From an uncultured Gemmatimonadaceae bacterium (lineage in GTDB: Bacteria > Gemmatimonadota > Gemmatimonadetes > Gemmatimonadales > GWC2-71-9): 64,000 nt of DNA. The DNA lies in the NCBI GenBank assembly GCA_964647615.1, contig CAZYIV010000007.1, positions 1,950-65,949 on the forward strand, written 5' to 3'. Of this stretch, positions 51,720-61,786 are shown piece after piece (within the stretch, counting starts at the first letter, position 1; every line of letters starts with the position of its first letter). The notes beneath the pieces were generated by a model. It did not search any database. It saw only the letters and a program-made list of their open reading frames with translations, and was not told where the DNA came from. The translations under genes and the position numbers were made by a program.

Positions 51720-54700
51720 ATGACCTCAACTACCGGCGCTACCTGCCCCCGTTGCGGCAAGCCGATCACGGCCGGCGCGCGCTTCTGCATGGAGTGCGGC
51801 CTGGACGTGTCCGGCGAGCAGGGCAGCGTGGCGACCGCCATGATGCCGGCGGCCGTCGAGGAGGACGCCAACGCGCAGATGCTCGAGGCGCTGCGCAAGG
51901 CGACCCTGGGGGAATACGAGGTCCTGCGCGAACTGGGGCGCGGTGGCATGGCCACCGTGTACCTCGCGCACGACATCGCGCTGGACCGCAAGGTCGCGAT
52001 CAAGGTCATGGCGCCCGCGCTGCTGCTCATGGGCGAGGGGATGACCGAGCGCTTCAAGCGCGAGGCCCGGACCGCGGCCAACCTGTCCCACCCCAGCATC
52101 ATCCCGATCTACACCGTCAAGAGCAGCGGCAAGTCGCTGTTCTTCGTGATGAAGTTCATCGCGGGCCGCTCGCTGGAGCAGATCATCCACGATACCGGCC
52201 CCATGCCGGTGGCGATGGTCCAGGGGATCCTGCAGCAGGTGACTGGCGCGCTGGGCTACGCCCACCGCCACGGCATCGTGCACCGGGACATCAAGCCCGC
52301 CAACATCATGATTGACGAGGAGGGGTGGTCGGTCGTCACCGACTTCGGCATCGCCAAGGTGGCGGAAAACCGCGGCCTGACAATGACCGGCATCGCGGTG
52401 GGGACGCCCTCGTACATGAGCCCCGAGCAGTGCGCCGCGAAGGACATTACCGGCAAGTCCGACCAGTACTCCCTCGGCGTGGTGGCCTACGAGATGCTCA
52501 CCGGGCGCCAGCCGTTCCAGGGCGACTCGGCGATGGCCATCATGTTCGCCCACTTCCACGAGGCGCCGCGGCCGCTGGCGGAGATCCGCCCCGAGATCCC
52601 GGCGAACCTCGGCGACGCGGTCATGCGCATGCTGGCCAAGTCGCCGGACGAGCGCTACGGCTCCATGGAGGAGGCGGCGCAGGCGCTGGGCGGGCTCACC
52701 CTGGCGCATGACGACCCGGCCCGGCTGCAGCTGGTGGCGCTGGCCCGGAAGGGCAGCAACCGGGAGATCCTGGAGCAGGTCCCGCCGCCGCCCACCAGCC
52801 CGGTGCCGCCCGCCAAGACCCGGCAGGTGGTGGACGCCGCCACCACCCCGATCCCGGCGCCGCGGGTGCTCTCGCTCTCGGTCACGCCGGGACGGAGCGA
52901 CCTGCACGTCGGCGATACCATGCAGCTGACGGCCAACCCGCGCACCACCGGTGGCACCGCCGCGGGCGTGCCGGTCACCTGGTCCACCTCCGACGCGGCG
53001 ATCGCCACCGTGACCAGCGGCGGGCTGGTCACCGCGCTGGCCGCCGGGACCGCCACCATCACCGCCACCACGGAGGGCGTGAGCGGCACCGCCCAGGTGG
53101 CGGTGACCCCGGTCCCGGTCGGCACGGTGCACATCGAGCCCGACGAGGGGCGGCTCGCGGTGGGCGAGTCGCTCACCATCAAGGCGGTGGTGAAGGACCA
53201 GCACGGCACGCTGCTCACCGACCGCGAGATCGAGTGGAGCATGAGCCCCCTCGGGGTGGTGACCCCCGGGGAGCGCGGCAAGCTCACCGCGGTGAAGGAA
53301 GGCGTGGTCGAGATCCTCGCCGAGGTCGAGGGCGTCCGCGGCAGCGCCCGGGTGTGGGTCACGCCGGCGCCGGTGGCCAAGGTGACGATCACGCCCGCCA
53401 GCCCCGCGCTTCGCGCCGGGGAGTCGCTGCCGCTCGCCGCCGCGACCCTGGATGCCAAGGGCGGGGCACTGGCCGATCGCAAGGTGGAGTGGCGCTCGTC
53501 GGACCCGAAGGTGGTGAATGTCTCCGCCGAGGGACTGCTGCTGGGCCTCGCGGAAGGCAGCGCCGAGGTCACCGGGACCAGCGAAGGCCGCTCGGCGAGC
53601 GTCAAGGTGAAGGTCACGCCGGCCGCGGTGGCGAGCGTGTCGGTCGCGACGCCCGAGCCGGTGCTGGCCGGCGAGAAGATCCGCCTGGTGGCGGAGGTCA
53701 AGGACGGGCGCGGGCAGGCGATCGCCGGCCGGCCCGTGAAGTGGAGTTCGTCCTCGCCCGCGGTGGCCACGGTCACCAAGGACGGCAGCGTCACCGGCAT
53801 CTCGCCCGGCATGGCGAAGGTGACGGTGGAGGTCGAGGGCCAGTCCGCGACCGTCACCGTGACCGTGCAGCCGGTCCCGGTCGCGAAGGTCACCCTCGAG
53901 GGGCAGGACGGGCCACTCGCCAGCGGTGCCACCCGCGCGCTGAAGGCGACCGCCCGCGACGCGAAGGGTGCGGTGCTCCCGGGGCGCGAGGTGACCTGGG
54001 CCAGCAGCGCGCCGGCGGTGGCCGCGGTCTCCCGCGAGGGCGCGGTCACGGCTCGCGGCGCGGGCGACGCGGTCATCCGCGCGACCATCGAGGGACAATC
54101 CGCCGAGTTCCGCATCACGGTCCCGGCGCCCCCGCCGGCCGTGGCCGAGGCACCCACCGCCGTCATCGAGAAGACGCCGGTGCCCGCGCCCGCGCCGGCG
54201 GCGAGCGCTCCGCCCGCGCCGGTCCCACCGGCGCCCGCTCCCGCTTCCGCTCCAGCGCCCGCCAAGGCTCCGGCCGCCGAGCCGGCGCGTCCGCGCGCCG
54301 CGCCGGCGGCGGCGCGGCCGGCGCCGTCCGGAGGCAAGGGCAAGCTCATCGGCGCGGTCGTGGGGCTTGCCGTGGTGGCGGCCATCGCCTTCGCGGTGCT
54401 GCGGCCCAAGGGCGGGGGCGAGGAGGTGCCGCCGGCGCCGCCTGGCATCCTGCCGACCGCGGATGCCGCGGTGGCGAAGGTCGCCGTGACCGGGCAGTCG
54501 GCTGAGGTCGCAGTGGGCCGGACCGCGCAGTTTGCCGCCGCGCTCACCGATGCCGACGGGCGTGAGATCCAGGGCCGCAAGGTCACCTGGAGCTCGAGTG
54601 ATCCGACGGTCGCCGAGGTCACCGAGCTGGGCGCCGTCACCGGCCGAAAGGCGGGCAGTGCCACCATCATCGCCAGCAGCGAGGGCAAGAGCGGCTCGAC

Positions 54701-56651
54701 CGCCGTGACCGTCGCCGAGCCGACCAGCGACCTCCCGGCACAGGTCGGGAGCGTGCTGCTGAGCGGGGCCGGCGGGGCGCTGGAGGTGGGCCAGACCGTG
54801 CAGCTGACGGCCACCGCCAAGGACACCCGCGGCTTCGTGCTGACCGATCGCACGGTGGTCTGGGGCACCCGGGACCCGCAGGTGGCGCTGGTCTCCTCGA
54901 CGGGGCTGGTGTCCGCGATGGGCGCCGGCACGGCGACCATCACCGCCAGCAGCGAGGGCAAGTCGGCCGAGACCCGGATCACGGTCAATGCGCCCAAGGT
55001 GGCGCCACCCAAGCCGGAGCCGGTCAAGCCCGAGCCGGTGAAGCCGGAGCCGCCGGCGCCGGTCGCCAGCGTTACGCTCTCGCCCACCACACTCTCGCTG
55101 GTGGCCGGGACCGACGCGCCGCTCGCCGCCAGCCTCACCGACGGCAAGGGCAACGCCCTGGACGGCCGGGAGGTCAGCTGGAGCTCGAGTGACGACAGGG
55201 TGGCGACGGTGCGCGCCGATGGCACCGTCACCGGCGTGGCCAAGGGCAAGGCCACCATCACCGCCACCGCCGAGGGGAAGAAGGCGACGGCCGCGATCAC
55301 GGTGGCGGACGCCATCGCGCCGGTGGCCGCCGTGACCCTCAGCGCCGGCACCCGGTCGCTCAAGGTGGGCGAGACCACGACCTGGACCGCCAGCATCCGC
55401 GACGCCCGCGGCCGCGCACTCACCGACCGGGCCATCACCTGGAGCTCGAGCACGCCCACCGTGGCGAGCGTGAGTGCCACCGGCGTGATCACGGCGCTCG
55501 CGGCCGGCAGCGCGGACATCTCGGCGGAGTCGGAGGGCAAGCGCGCCAGCGAGCGGATCAGCATCGCCGCGGCGCCGGTCGCCGTCACCCCGACGCCGAC
55601 CCCGGCGCCGGTCCCGCCGGCGGGCGCTGGCAACGCCAACCTGCCGCGGCGCGGGGTCGAGGCCGGCGTGGCGTTCTCCTGCGGGATCACCCAGGGCAGC
55701 GGCGCGGTCTGCTGGGGCGCCGGGCTCAACGGACTGGCCGCGGTCGGCGGCACCAGCGGCGCCTCGCAACTGGTGGTGGGGAAGGCCCACGCCTGCGTGC
55801 TCAGCGGCAGCCGGGTCCTCTGCTGGGGCGACAACAAGCAGAGCCAGCTGGGCGACGGCAGCAACAGCTCGAGCCCGGATGCGGCGGTGGAGGTGGCCGG
55901 CGGGCTGAGCTTCAGCCAGATCTCGGCGGGGAACAACCACACCTGCGGCATCGCCGGCGGCAAGGCCTATTGCTGGGGTCGCGGCCGCGAGGGCCAGCTG
56001 GGCGACGGCAGCACCAGCGAGCGCAAGAAGCCGGTGGCGGTGAAGGGCAGCAAGAACTTCGTGCAGATCGCCGCCGGCGGGAATCATACCTGCGCGGTCA
56101 CCGCCGACGGCCAGGGGTTCTGCTGGGGTGACGGCTTCTCCGGCCAGCTGGGCTTCGGCGGGCTGGAGCAGCAGAACGAGCCGATCGATGTCTCGGGCGG
56201 GCTCAAGTTCAGCCGCGTGGCGGCGGGCGGCAACCACAGCTGCGGCATCACTACCGCCGGCAAGGCCTACTGCTGGGGCTCCAACGAGAGCGGCCAGGTG
56301 GGCGACGGGTCCAAGAGCGACCGGCCGAGCCCCGTGGCGGTGAGCAGCAACCAGACCTTCACCCGGCTGGCGCTCGGCGGCAGCCACACCTGCGGCCTCA
56401 CCTCCGGCGGCGATGTCTTCTGCTGGGGCGAGAACAAGTACGGCCAGGTGGGCGACGGTTCCAAGAGCGACCGCAACAAGCCGGTGTCGGTGGCGGGCGG
56501 GCCCTTCGTCTCGATCTCGAGCAACGAGGGCACCAGCTGCGCCCTCACCCGGAACGGCGATGCCCTCTGCTGGGGCCGCAACGACAAGGGCCAGCTGGGC
56601 GATGGCGGGACCACCGCCCGCAACACCCCGGGGCCCGTGACCGGCTCCTGA
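51720..56651 (+). CDS. 1643-aa Ser/Thr kinase: zinc ribbon, kinase, 5 Ig-like (Big_2-type) repeats, TM, 4 Ig-like repeats, 7-bladed RCC1-like propeller
   Basis: Zinc ribbon CPRCGKPITAGARFCMECG. Hanks motifs GRGGMATVYLA, HRDIKPANI, DFG and SYMSPE. Nine ~83-aa repeats of the V.V.P......G.t.qL.A...D..G......V.W.SSdp.vA.V...G.VtA...G.AtItA...G pattern. One hydrophobic helix, LIGAVVGLAVVAAIAFAVL (54345..54401). Seven ..CWG.N..GQLGDG.. repeats at the C-terminus. Confidence 0.85.
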   Translation: MTSTTGATCPRCGKPITAGARFCMECGLDVSGEQGSVATAMMPAAVEEDANAQMLEALRKATLGEYEVLRELGRGGMATVYLAHDIALDRKVAIKVMAPALLLMGEGMTERFKREARTAANLSHPSIIPIYTVKSSGKSLFFVMKFIAGRSLEQIIHDTGPMPVAMVQGILQQVTGALGYAHRHGIVHRDIKPANIMIDEEGWSVVTDFGIAKVAENRGLTMTGIAVGTPSYMSPEQCAAKDITGKSDQYSLGVVAYEMLTGRQPFQGDSAMAIMFAHFHEAPRPLAEIRPEIPANLGDAVMRMLAKSPDERYGSMEEAAQALGGLTLAHDDPARLQLVALARKGSNREILEQVPPPPTSPVPPAKTRQVVDAATTPIPAPRVLSLSVTPGRSDLHVGDTMQLTANPRTTGGTAAGVPVTWSTSDAAIATVTSGGLVTALAAGTATITATTEGVSGTAQVAVTPVPVGTVHIEPDEGRLAVGESLTIKAVVKDQHGTLLTDREIEWSMSPLGVVTPGERGKLTAVKEGVVEILAEVEGVRGSARVWVTPAPVAKVTITPASPALRAGESLPLAAATLDAKGGALADRKVEWRSSDPKVVNVSAEGLLLGLAEGSAEVTGTSEGRSASVKVKVTPAAVASVSVATPEPVLAGEKIRLVAEVKDGRGQAIAGRPVKWSSSSPAVATVTKDGSVTGISPGMAKVTVEVEGQSATVTVTVQPVPVAKVTLEGQDGPLASGATRALKATARDAKGAVLPGREVTWASSAPAVAAVSREGAVTARGAGDAVIRATIEGQSAEFRITVPAPPPAVAEAPTAVIEKTPVPAPAPAASAPPAPVPPAPAPASAPAPAKAPAAEPARPRAAPAAARPAPSGGKGKLIGAVVGLAVVAAIAFAVLRPKGGGEEVPPAPPGILPTADAAVAKVAVTGQSAEVAVGRTAQFAAALTDADGREIQGRKVTWSSSDPTVAEVTELGAVTGRKAGSATIIASSEGKSGSTAVTVAEPTSDLPAQVGSVLLSGAGGALEVGQTVQLTATAKDTRGFVLTDRTVVWGTRDPQVALVSSTGLVSAMGAGTATITASSEGKSAETRITVNAPKVAPPKPEPVKPEPVKPEPPAPVASVTLSPTTLSLVAGTDAPLAASLTDGKGNALDGREVSWSSSDDRVATVRADGTVTGVAKGKATITATAEGKKATAAITVADAIAPVAAVTLSAGTRSLKVGETTTWTASIRDARGRALTDRAITWSSSTPTVASVSATGVITALAAGSADISAESEGKRASERISIAAAPVAVTPTPTPAPVPPAGAGNANLPRRGVEAGVAFSCGITQGSGAVCWGAGLNGLAAVGGTSGASQLVVGKAHACVLSGSRVLCWGDNKQSQLGDGSNSSSPDAAVEVAGGLSFSQISAGNNHTCGIAGGKAYCWGRGREGQLGDGSTSERKKPVAVKGSKNFVQIAAGGNHTCAVTADGQGFCWGDGFSGQLGFGGLEQQNEPIDVSGGLKFSRVAAGGNHSCGITTAGKAYCWGSNESGQVGDGSKSDRPSPVAVSSNQTFTRLALGGSHTCGLTSGGDVFCWGENKYGQVGDGSKSDRNKPVSVAGGPFVSISSNEGTSCALTRNGDALCWGRNDKGQLGDGGTTARNTPGPVTGS

Positions 56652-56676
56652 GCCGCAGCAATGGAAGGCAACGACG

Positions 56677-56709
56677 AAGGGGTGGGGCGCCGTGGCGCCC
56701 CACCCCTTT
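56677..56709. terminator. strong GC hairpin between convergent genes (bidirectional terminator)
   Basis: AAGGGGTGGGGCGCC (56677..56691) / GGCGCCCCACCCCTT (56694..56708), 15-bp perfect arms followed by TTTG on the plus strand. It sits between the kinase stop (56651) and the OM protein stop (56801). Confidence 0.7.
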
Positions 56710-56800
56710 GTCCTACCGCGACCGAGCGGCCTTCAGGAGCGGCCTCGCCGCGACTCGGCCGCGAGGGAGTCCTTCAGGGCCCTACCGCCTTACCGGCCGA

Positions 56801-57487
56801 CTACCGCCCGCCGATCGGCACGCCCACGCTGAAGACCAGGTCGGACTGCATCTTCCCGGGGTAGAAGCCCAGGGCGGCATTGTCGCCCTTGTCCGGGTTG
56901 AACTTGTAGAAGTTGCCCTCGGCCCGGATGTCGATCGGGAAGCGCGGGGTCACGTTGGCCCGGAGGCCGACGCCCACCACGCCACCGAAGTTGGTCAGCT
57001 TGCCGTCGAGCGCGGGGTCATCCCAGAACTTGCCGCCGTGCTTCACCACGATGCCGCCGAGGATGAGGCTCAGGTTGCTGCGGCGAGGCTTGATCACCGC
57101 CCGCAGGCTCCCGATGATCACGCTGCCCTTCTCGGTGGTGGCGGCGTCGAACCCGCCGTTCTGGTTCGGGTCCGCGATCACGAAGCGCACGTTGCTGCTG
57201 GAGTAGCCGAACGAGCCCTCGGCCGCGATCGTCGCGGTGACCGGCAGGGTCACGCGGGCGCCGAACATCACCGTGTTCTCCTGGGAGACCGTGATGTTGG
57301 TGGTGCCGGTGCCGCCGATGGTGGTCAGGTCGAAGTCGTCATTGTAGTAGTCGGCGACCGAGAAGAAGCTGCCGACCCATGGGGTGAACGCGAACTTGTT
57401 CTGGGCGGTGAGGACGGACGGGACGGTCGCGGCCAGCAGCAGGACCGCCGCCGCCAGGCGCTGGCGCACGGACGTCGAGCGAATCAC
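56801..57487 (-). CDS. small outer-membrane beta-barrel protein (OmpA-barrel / OMP_b-brl-like)
   Basis: GTG start with an AGGGGG RBS. Signal peptide [M]IRSTSVRQRLAAAVLLLAATVPSVLTAQ. The sequence has alternating-hydrophobic strands. Confidence 0.7.
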   Translation of the reverse strand: MIRSTSVRQRLAAAVLLLAATVPSVLTAQNKFAFTPWVGSFFSVADYYNDDFDLTTIGGTGTTNITVSQENTVMFGARVTLPVTATIAAEGSFGYSSSNVRFVIADPNQNGGFDAATTEKGSVIIGSLRAVIKPRRSNLSLILGGIVVKHGGKFWDDPALDGKLTNFGGVVGVGLRANVTPRFPIDIRAEGNFYKFNPDKGDNAALGFYPGKMQSDLVFSVGVPIGGR

Positions 57488-57635
57488 GGAACCCCCTAGG
57501 CGTGGGATGGTCGTGGGGGACGGCCCCCCCGGAAACCGCAGGTAGGATGCGCGTTGGGGGGAAGGCTGTCAACTTTCCCCATGCCCGGGCGGCACCGCCG
57601 TTACCGGAGCGCCCCCGTCACCCCCGAACCCCCGG

Positions 57636-58769
57636 ATGCACCTCTACCTCCACATCCCCTTCTGCGCCCGCCGCTGCAGCTACTGCGACTTCGCCATCGC
57701 GGTGCGGCGGGAGGTGCCGTCGGCCCGGTACGTGGACGGGGTGCTGCAGGAATGGACCCGGTGGCTCACGGCCGGGATTCCGCCCGCTGGGAGCCCGGTA
57801 GAGACGATCTACCTCGGGGGTGGCACCCCCTCCAGCCTGGCGCCGGACCAGCTGGCCCGAGTGCTCGAGCGGCTCAGGTCCGATCGTCCGCTGCGTGCCG
57901 GGGCGGAGGTGACGCTGGAGGCCAACCCGGAGGATGTCACCCCCGCGACGGCCACGGCGTGGGTCGCCGCGGGGGTCAACCGGGTCTCCCTTGGAGTCCA
58001 GTCCTTTGATCCCGCGGTGCTCACGTGGATGCACCGGACCCACACCGCGGAGCAGGTGCCCGTGGCGGTCGGGACGCTCCGTGACGCGGGGATCCGAAAC
58101 CTCACCCTCGACCTCATCTACGCCCTCCCGGAGGCCCTGGAGCGGGACTGGGCGGCCGACCTGGACCGCGCGCTGGCGCTGGAACCCGAACACCTCTCGC
58201 TGTACGGCCTGACGGTCGAGTCCGGCACGCCACTGGGGCGCTGGGTGGACCGGGGCACGGCGCGCACCGTACCGGAAGAGCGCTACGCCTCCGAGTTCCA
58301 CCAGGCACACCACCGGCTGACGGGGGCCGGATTCCGGCACTACGAAGTGTCAAACTACGCCCGCCCCGGCCGGCAGGCGGTCCACAACGCCGCCTACTGG
58401 CGCCGGGCGCCGTACCTCGGCCTCGGGCCTTCCGCCCACAGCGCCGTCGGGAGCCGCCGCTGGTGGAACCTGCGCGAATGGGCCGCGTGGGATGCCGCGG
58501 TCGCCGCCGGGGCCACCACGATCGCCGGCGAGGAGACGCTTGATCCCGGGGCGGTCCGCATCGAGGAGCTCTATCTCGGCCTGCGTACCGACGGCGGCGT
58601 GGCCGCACAACAACTCCCGGACTCTCTGGCCCGGACGTGGCGTGACGAAGGCTGGGCGGAGGCGCGGGGCGATCGGGTGCGGCTGACTGCCGAGGGCTGG
58701 TTGCGGCTCGACGCGCTCGTGGCGCAGGCGGCCGCGATTCCTCACTCCGGTGTCACCGATTTGTCATGA
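57636..58769 (+). CDS. hemW: radical SAM heme chaperone HemW (HemN-like)
   Basis: MHLYLHIPFCARRCSYCDF (CxxxCxxC) and GGGTPS. Its length of 377 aa is typical of HemW rather than the longer HemN. Confidence 0.85.
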   Translation: MHLYLHIPFCARRCSYCDFAIAVRREVPSARYVDGVLQEWTRWLTAGIPPAGSPVETIYLGGGTPSSLAPDQLARVLERLRSDRPLRAGAEVTLEANPEDVTPATATAWVAAGVNRVSLGVQSFDPAVLTWMHRTHTAEQVPVAVGTLRDAGIRNLTLDLIYALPEALERDWAADLDRALALEPEHLSLYGLTVESGTPLGRWVDRGTARTVPEERYASEFHQAHHRLTGAGFRHYEVSNYARPGRQAVHNAAYWRRAPYLGLGPSAHSAVGSRRWWNLREWAAWDAAVAAGATTIAGEETLDPGAVRIEELYLGLRTDGGVAAQQLPDSLARTWRDEGWAEARGDRVRLTAEGWLRLDALVAQAAAIPHSGVTDLS

Positions 58770-58835
58770 GGTCGGGCGGGCTACCGCAATCGTCGGCACC
58801 GATCATGGAAGCGACCCCTCTCGCGGAGCGCGACC

Positions 58836-59555
58836 ATGTTCACCACCCTGCTCGAATCCGGCCGTCGCCAGCGCGGCCCCGGCCGCCAGTCCTTCGTCTC
58901 CTTCGCGATCCACCTCGGCCTCGTGTTCGGGGCGATCGGCGCTACCCGCCACGTGGTGACGCCGGCCTCCGCACTGCCGCGGGTGACGCAGGTGGTCTTC
59001 GTGCCCCCGAGCCCCACGCCGGCAGCCGCCGCGCCCGCGAGCCAGGAGGAGGCGGGTCCGGTCATGCCGGCCCCGGAGGTGGCGCTGCCCACCATCACCC
59101 CGCCCGTGGTTGCGCCGCCGGAAATCCCGCCGGTGACCGCGGGCCCCCCGGTGGACCCGAAGCGGCTCGCCGCGATGGTTCGCGAACCGGGCCCGATCAC
59201 CACCGGGATCGGCGGTGGCGAACCGGTCCTCGGTGACGGTCAGGTGTTCCTCCAGGCCGAGGCCGATCGGATCCCGGAGGTAGCAGCCGGCGCCGAGTGT
59301 CTCGGGGCCTATCCGGCGGTGATGCGCTCGATGGGGGTGCCCGGCCGGGCCGTGCTGGAGTTCGTGGTGGAGGCCGACGGCCGCGTGGATCCGGGCACGG
59401 TCCGGGTGGTCAGCGCGACCGCCCCGGCCTTCGGCCAGGCGGCGGTGGAGGGGGTGACCGGAACCCGGTGCCGATACCGCCCGGGGGAGTATCGGGGCCA
59501 GCCGGTGCGGGTGCTGGTCCGGCAGGCCGCCGGGTTCCGGGTGGCCGGGGCGTAA
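58836..59555 (+). CDS. TonB-family energy transducer
   Basis: N-terminal anchor (SFVSFAIHLGLVFGAIGA), a Pro-rich spacer (PPSPTPAAAAP...PPVVAPPEIPPVTAGPP), and a C-terminal TonB_C-like domain (YPAVMRSMGVPGRAVLEFVVEADGRVDPGTVRVV...). Confidence 0.7.
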   Translation: MFTTLLESGRRQRGPGRQSFVSFAIHLGLVFGAIGATRHVVTPASALPRVTQVVFVPPSPTPAAAAPASQEEAGPVMPAPEVALPTITPPVVAPPEIPPVTAGPPVDPKRLAAMVREPGPITTGIGGGEPVLGDGQVFLQAEADRIPEVAAGAECLGAYPAVMRSMGVPGRAVLEFVVEADGRVDPGTVRVVSATAPAFGQAAVEGVTGTRCRYRPGEYRGQPVRVLVRQAAGFRVAGA

Positions 59556-59612
59556 GTCCTTGGGGGGCCGGGCCGCCCGCCGGTCCGGCCCCGCCATTCA
59601 GGGCCGGGGACT

Positions 59613-59621
59613 GCTAAATTG
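59613..59621 (+). promoter_or_regulatory. GCTAAATTG motif (-10-like) 6 nt upstream of the hrcA ATG
   Basis: Same 9-mer as at 51685. Only TTCCCC separates it from ATG 59628, which implies a leaderless or near-leaderless transcript if it is a -10 element. Confidence 0.3.
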
Positions 59622-59627
59622 TTCCCC

Positions 59628-60662
59628 ATGGCCCCTGAAGCCCTGTCCGACCGGGAAGTCCGCGTGCTCGAGGCGGTCATCCAGGTCTACATCGAGACCG
59701 CGGAACCCGCGGGCAGCCAGACGGTTGCCCAGCGGTTCCCGCTCGGGGTCTCCTCCGCCACCATCCGCAACACGATGGGCGAGCTGGAGGAGAAGGGCTT
59801 CCTCTATCATCCGCACACCTCGGCCGGCCGCATTCCGACCGACCGGGCCTACCGCTGGTACGTCAACAACCTCACCCGGCTTCCCGCGCCCAGCACCGAG
59901 GACCAGGCGACGCTCAGCGCCGAGCTGGCGCCGTCGCGCAGCGCGCTGGAGGAGATCCTGCGCCGCGCGGCGCAGGTGCTCGGCGTGCTGACCAACGAGC
60001 TGGGCGTGGCGGTGGCGCCCGCCTTCGACCGGGTGGTGCTGGAGAAGCTGGACCTGGTGCAGGTCTCCTCGGAGCGGCTGCTGCTGGTGTTCCACCTCCG
60101 GAGCGGGGCGGTGCGCACCATCTTCGTGCAGGTGGCCGGTCAGCTGCCGCCGGACACGGTGGGCCGGGTGGCGCAGGTCCTCAACGACCGCCTGGCCGGT
60201 CTCAACCTGCAGGACATCCGCACCACCCTCGCCGACCGGCTGCGGGATGCGGAGCGCGACGCCGGCGACCGCGCGCTGCTCAACATCTTCATCGAGGAAG
60301 GCGAGGAGATCTTCGGGCTCTCGCCCGGGCCGGCGGAGGTGGTGCTGGGGAGCGCGCAGATGCTCGCCGGCCAGCCCGAGTTCAGCACCAGCGGCCGCAT
60401 CCGGGACCTGCTCGACCTGACCGAACAGCGCGACCTGCTGCAGCAGGCGCTCGCCGCCCGCCGGGCCAGCGGCCTCACGATCACGATCGGCGGCGAGAAT
60501 GCCGATACCCGGCTGAGCGGCTTCACCCTGGTCACCTCGAGCTACCGCTCGGGCGACCTCTCCGGCGTCATCGGCGTGCTTGGCCCGACCCGGATGCCCT
60601 ACGACAAGATCATCGGCCTCGTGGACCACACGAGCCGCCTGGTGGAAGGACTGATGGAGTGA
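59628..60662 (+). CDS. hrcA: heat-inducible transcription repressor HrcA
   Basis: [78 protein letters not shown] is a classic HrcA N-terminus. TTG 59619 is an alternative start. Confidence 0.9.
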   Translation: MAPEALSDREVRVLEAVIQVYIETAEPAGSQTVAQRFPLGVSSATIRNTMGELEEKGFLYHPHTSAGRIPTDRAYRWYVNNLTRLPAPSTEDQATLSAELAPSRSALEEILRRAAQVLGVLTNELGVAVAPAFDRVVLEKLDLVQVSSERLLLVFHLRSGAVRTIFVQVAGQLPPDTVGRVAQVLNDRLAGLNLQDIRTTLADRLRDAERDAGDRALLNIFIEEGEEIFGLSPGPAEVVLGSAQMLAGQPEFSTSGRIRDLLDLTEQRDLLQQALAARRASGLTITIGGENADTRLSGFTLVTSSYRSGDLSGVIGVLGPTRMPYDKIIGLVDHTSRLVEGLME

Positions 60663-61786
60663 GCGAGTACTACGAGATCCTCGGGGTGGCCCGCGATGCC
60701 TCCGACGCCGACATCAAGAAGGCGTACCGGCGGATGGCGATGGAGCTGCACCCGGACCGCAACAGCGCGCCGGATGCCGAGGAACGTTTCAAGGAAGTCA
60801 CCGAGGCGTACGAGGTCCTGAAGGACCCGGACAAGCGCGCCCGCTACGACCGCTACGGCAAGGCCGGGCTGGGCGGGGCGGGGGGCGGCCCGGGCTACGG
60901 CGGGTTCCACCACGTGGACCTCTCCGAGGCGCTCAACATCTTCATGCGCGACTTCGGCGGCTTCGAGGGACTCTTCGGCCAGGGCGCCCGCGCCGAGCCG
61001 CGGCGGGGCCAGGACATCCGCGTCAGCGTGAAGATCAACCTCACCGAGGTCGCGACCGGCGCGCGCCGCACCATCAAGCTCAAGACCCTCGACCACTGCA
61101 CCGCGTGCGAGGGCTCGGGGGCGGAGCGGGGCACCAAGCCGAGCCGCTGCGGCACCTGCGGCGGGAGCGGCGAGGTGCGGCGGGCGGCCCGGAGCATGTT
61201 CGGCCAGTTCGTCTCGGTGAGCCCCTGTCCCACCTGTGCCGGCGAGGGGACGGTCATCGCGTCGCCCTGTGCGGAGTGCCGGGGCGAGGGCCGGGTGCGC
61301 GCCGACAAGACGGTGCAGGTGGACATCCCCGCCGGGGTCTCGGAGAACAATTACCTGACGCTGCGCGGCCAGGGCGCGGCCGGCCCGCGCAACGCGCCGC
61401 CCGGCGACCTGCTGGTCATGATCGAGGTGAAGGACGACGAGCGCTTCGAGCGCGACGGCGACAACCTGGTCATGGACCTGCCGCTCTCGTTCTCCCAGGC
61501 GGCGCTGGGCGTCTCGGTCTCGGTCCCCACCCCCTACGGCGATGAGACCATCAACATCCCCGCCGGCACCCAGGGCGGCACCCTGCTCAAGCTGCGGGGG
61601 AAGGGGCTGCCACACCTCGGCCAGGGCGGCCGGGGCGACCTGCTGATCCGGGCCCACGTCTGGACCCCTGAAAACCTCAACGAAACCCAGAAACAGTTGC
61701 TCCGCGAGCTGGCCCGGCACGAGGGCGAGCCGCCCAAGCGCAGCGCCGGCTTCTGGTCGAAGCTGAAGGAGGCGCTCGGCGCATGA
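60659..61786 (+). CDS. dnaJ: molecular chaperone DnaJ
   Basis: GTG start overlapping the hrcA stop. J domain YYEILGV...HPDRN, a Gly-rich linker, and four CxxCxGxG motifs ([32 protein letters not shown]). Confidence 0.95.
   Translation: MSEYYEILGVARDASDADIKKAYRRMAMELHPDRNSAPDAEERFKEVTEAYEVLKDPDKRARYDRYGKAGLGGAGGGPGYGGFHHVDLSEALNIFMRDFGGFEGLFGQGARAEPRRGQDIRVSVKINLTEVATGARRTIKLKTLDHCTACEGSGAERGTKPSRCGTCGGSGEVRRAARSMFGQFVSVSPCPTCAGEGTVIASPCAECRGEGRVRADKTVQVDIPAGVSENNYLTLRGQGAAGPRNAPPGDLLVMIEVKDDERFERDGDNLVMDLPLSFSQAALGVSVSVPTPYGDETINIPAGTQGGTLLKLRGKGLPHLGQGGRGDLLIRAHVWTPENLNETQKQLLRELARHEGEPPKRSAGFWSKLKEALGA

Noticed and set aside
51726-56387. 1553-aa minus-strand ORF (and the 1102-aa ORF at 52655..55963) antisense to the giant kinase gene
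   Set aside because: The products are Arg/Gly/Pro/Ala-rich with no motifs. They are stop-free only because of high GC and the repetitive Ala/Val/Thr codons on the sense strand. The plus strand carries unambiguous kinase, Ig-like and RCC1 motifs.
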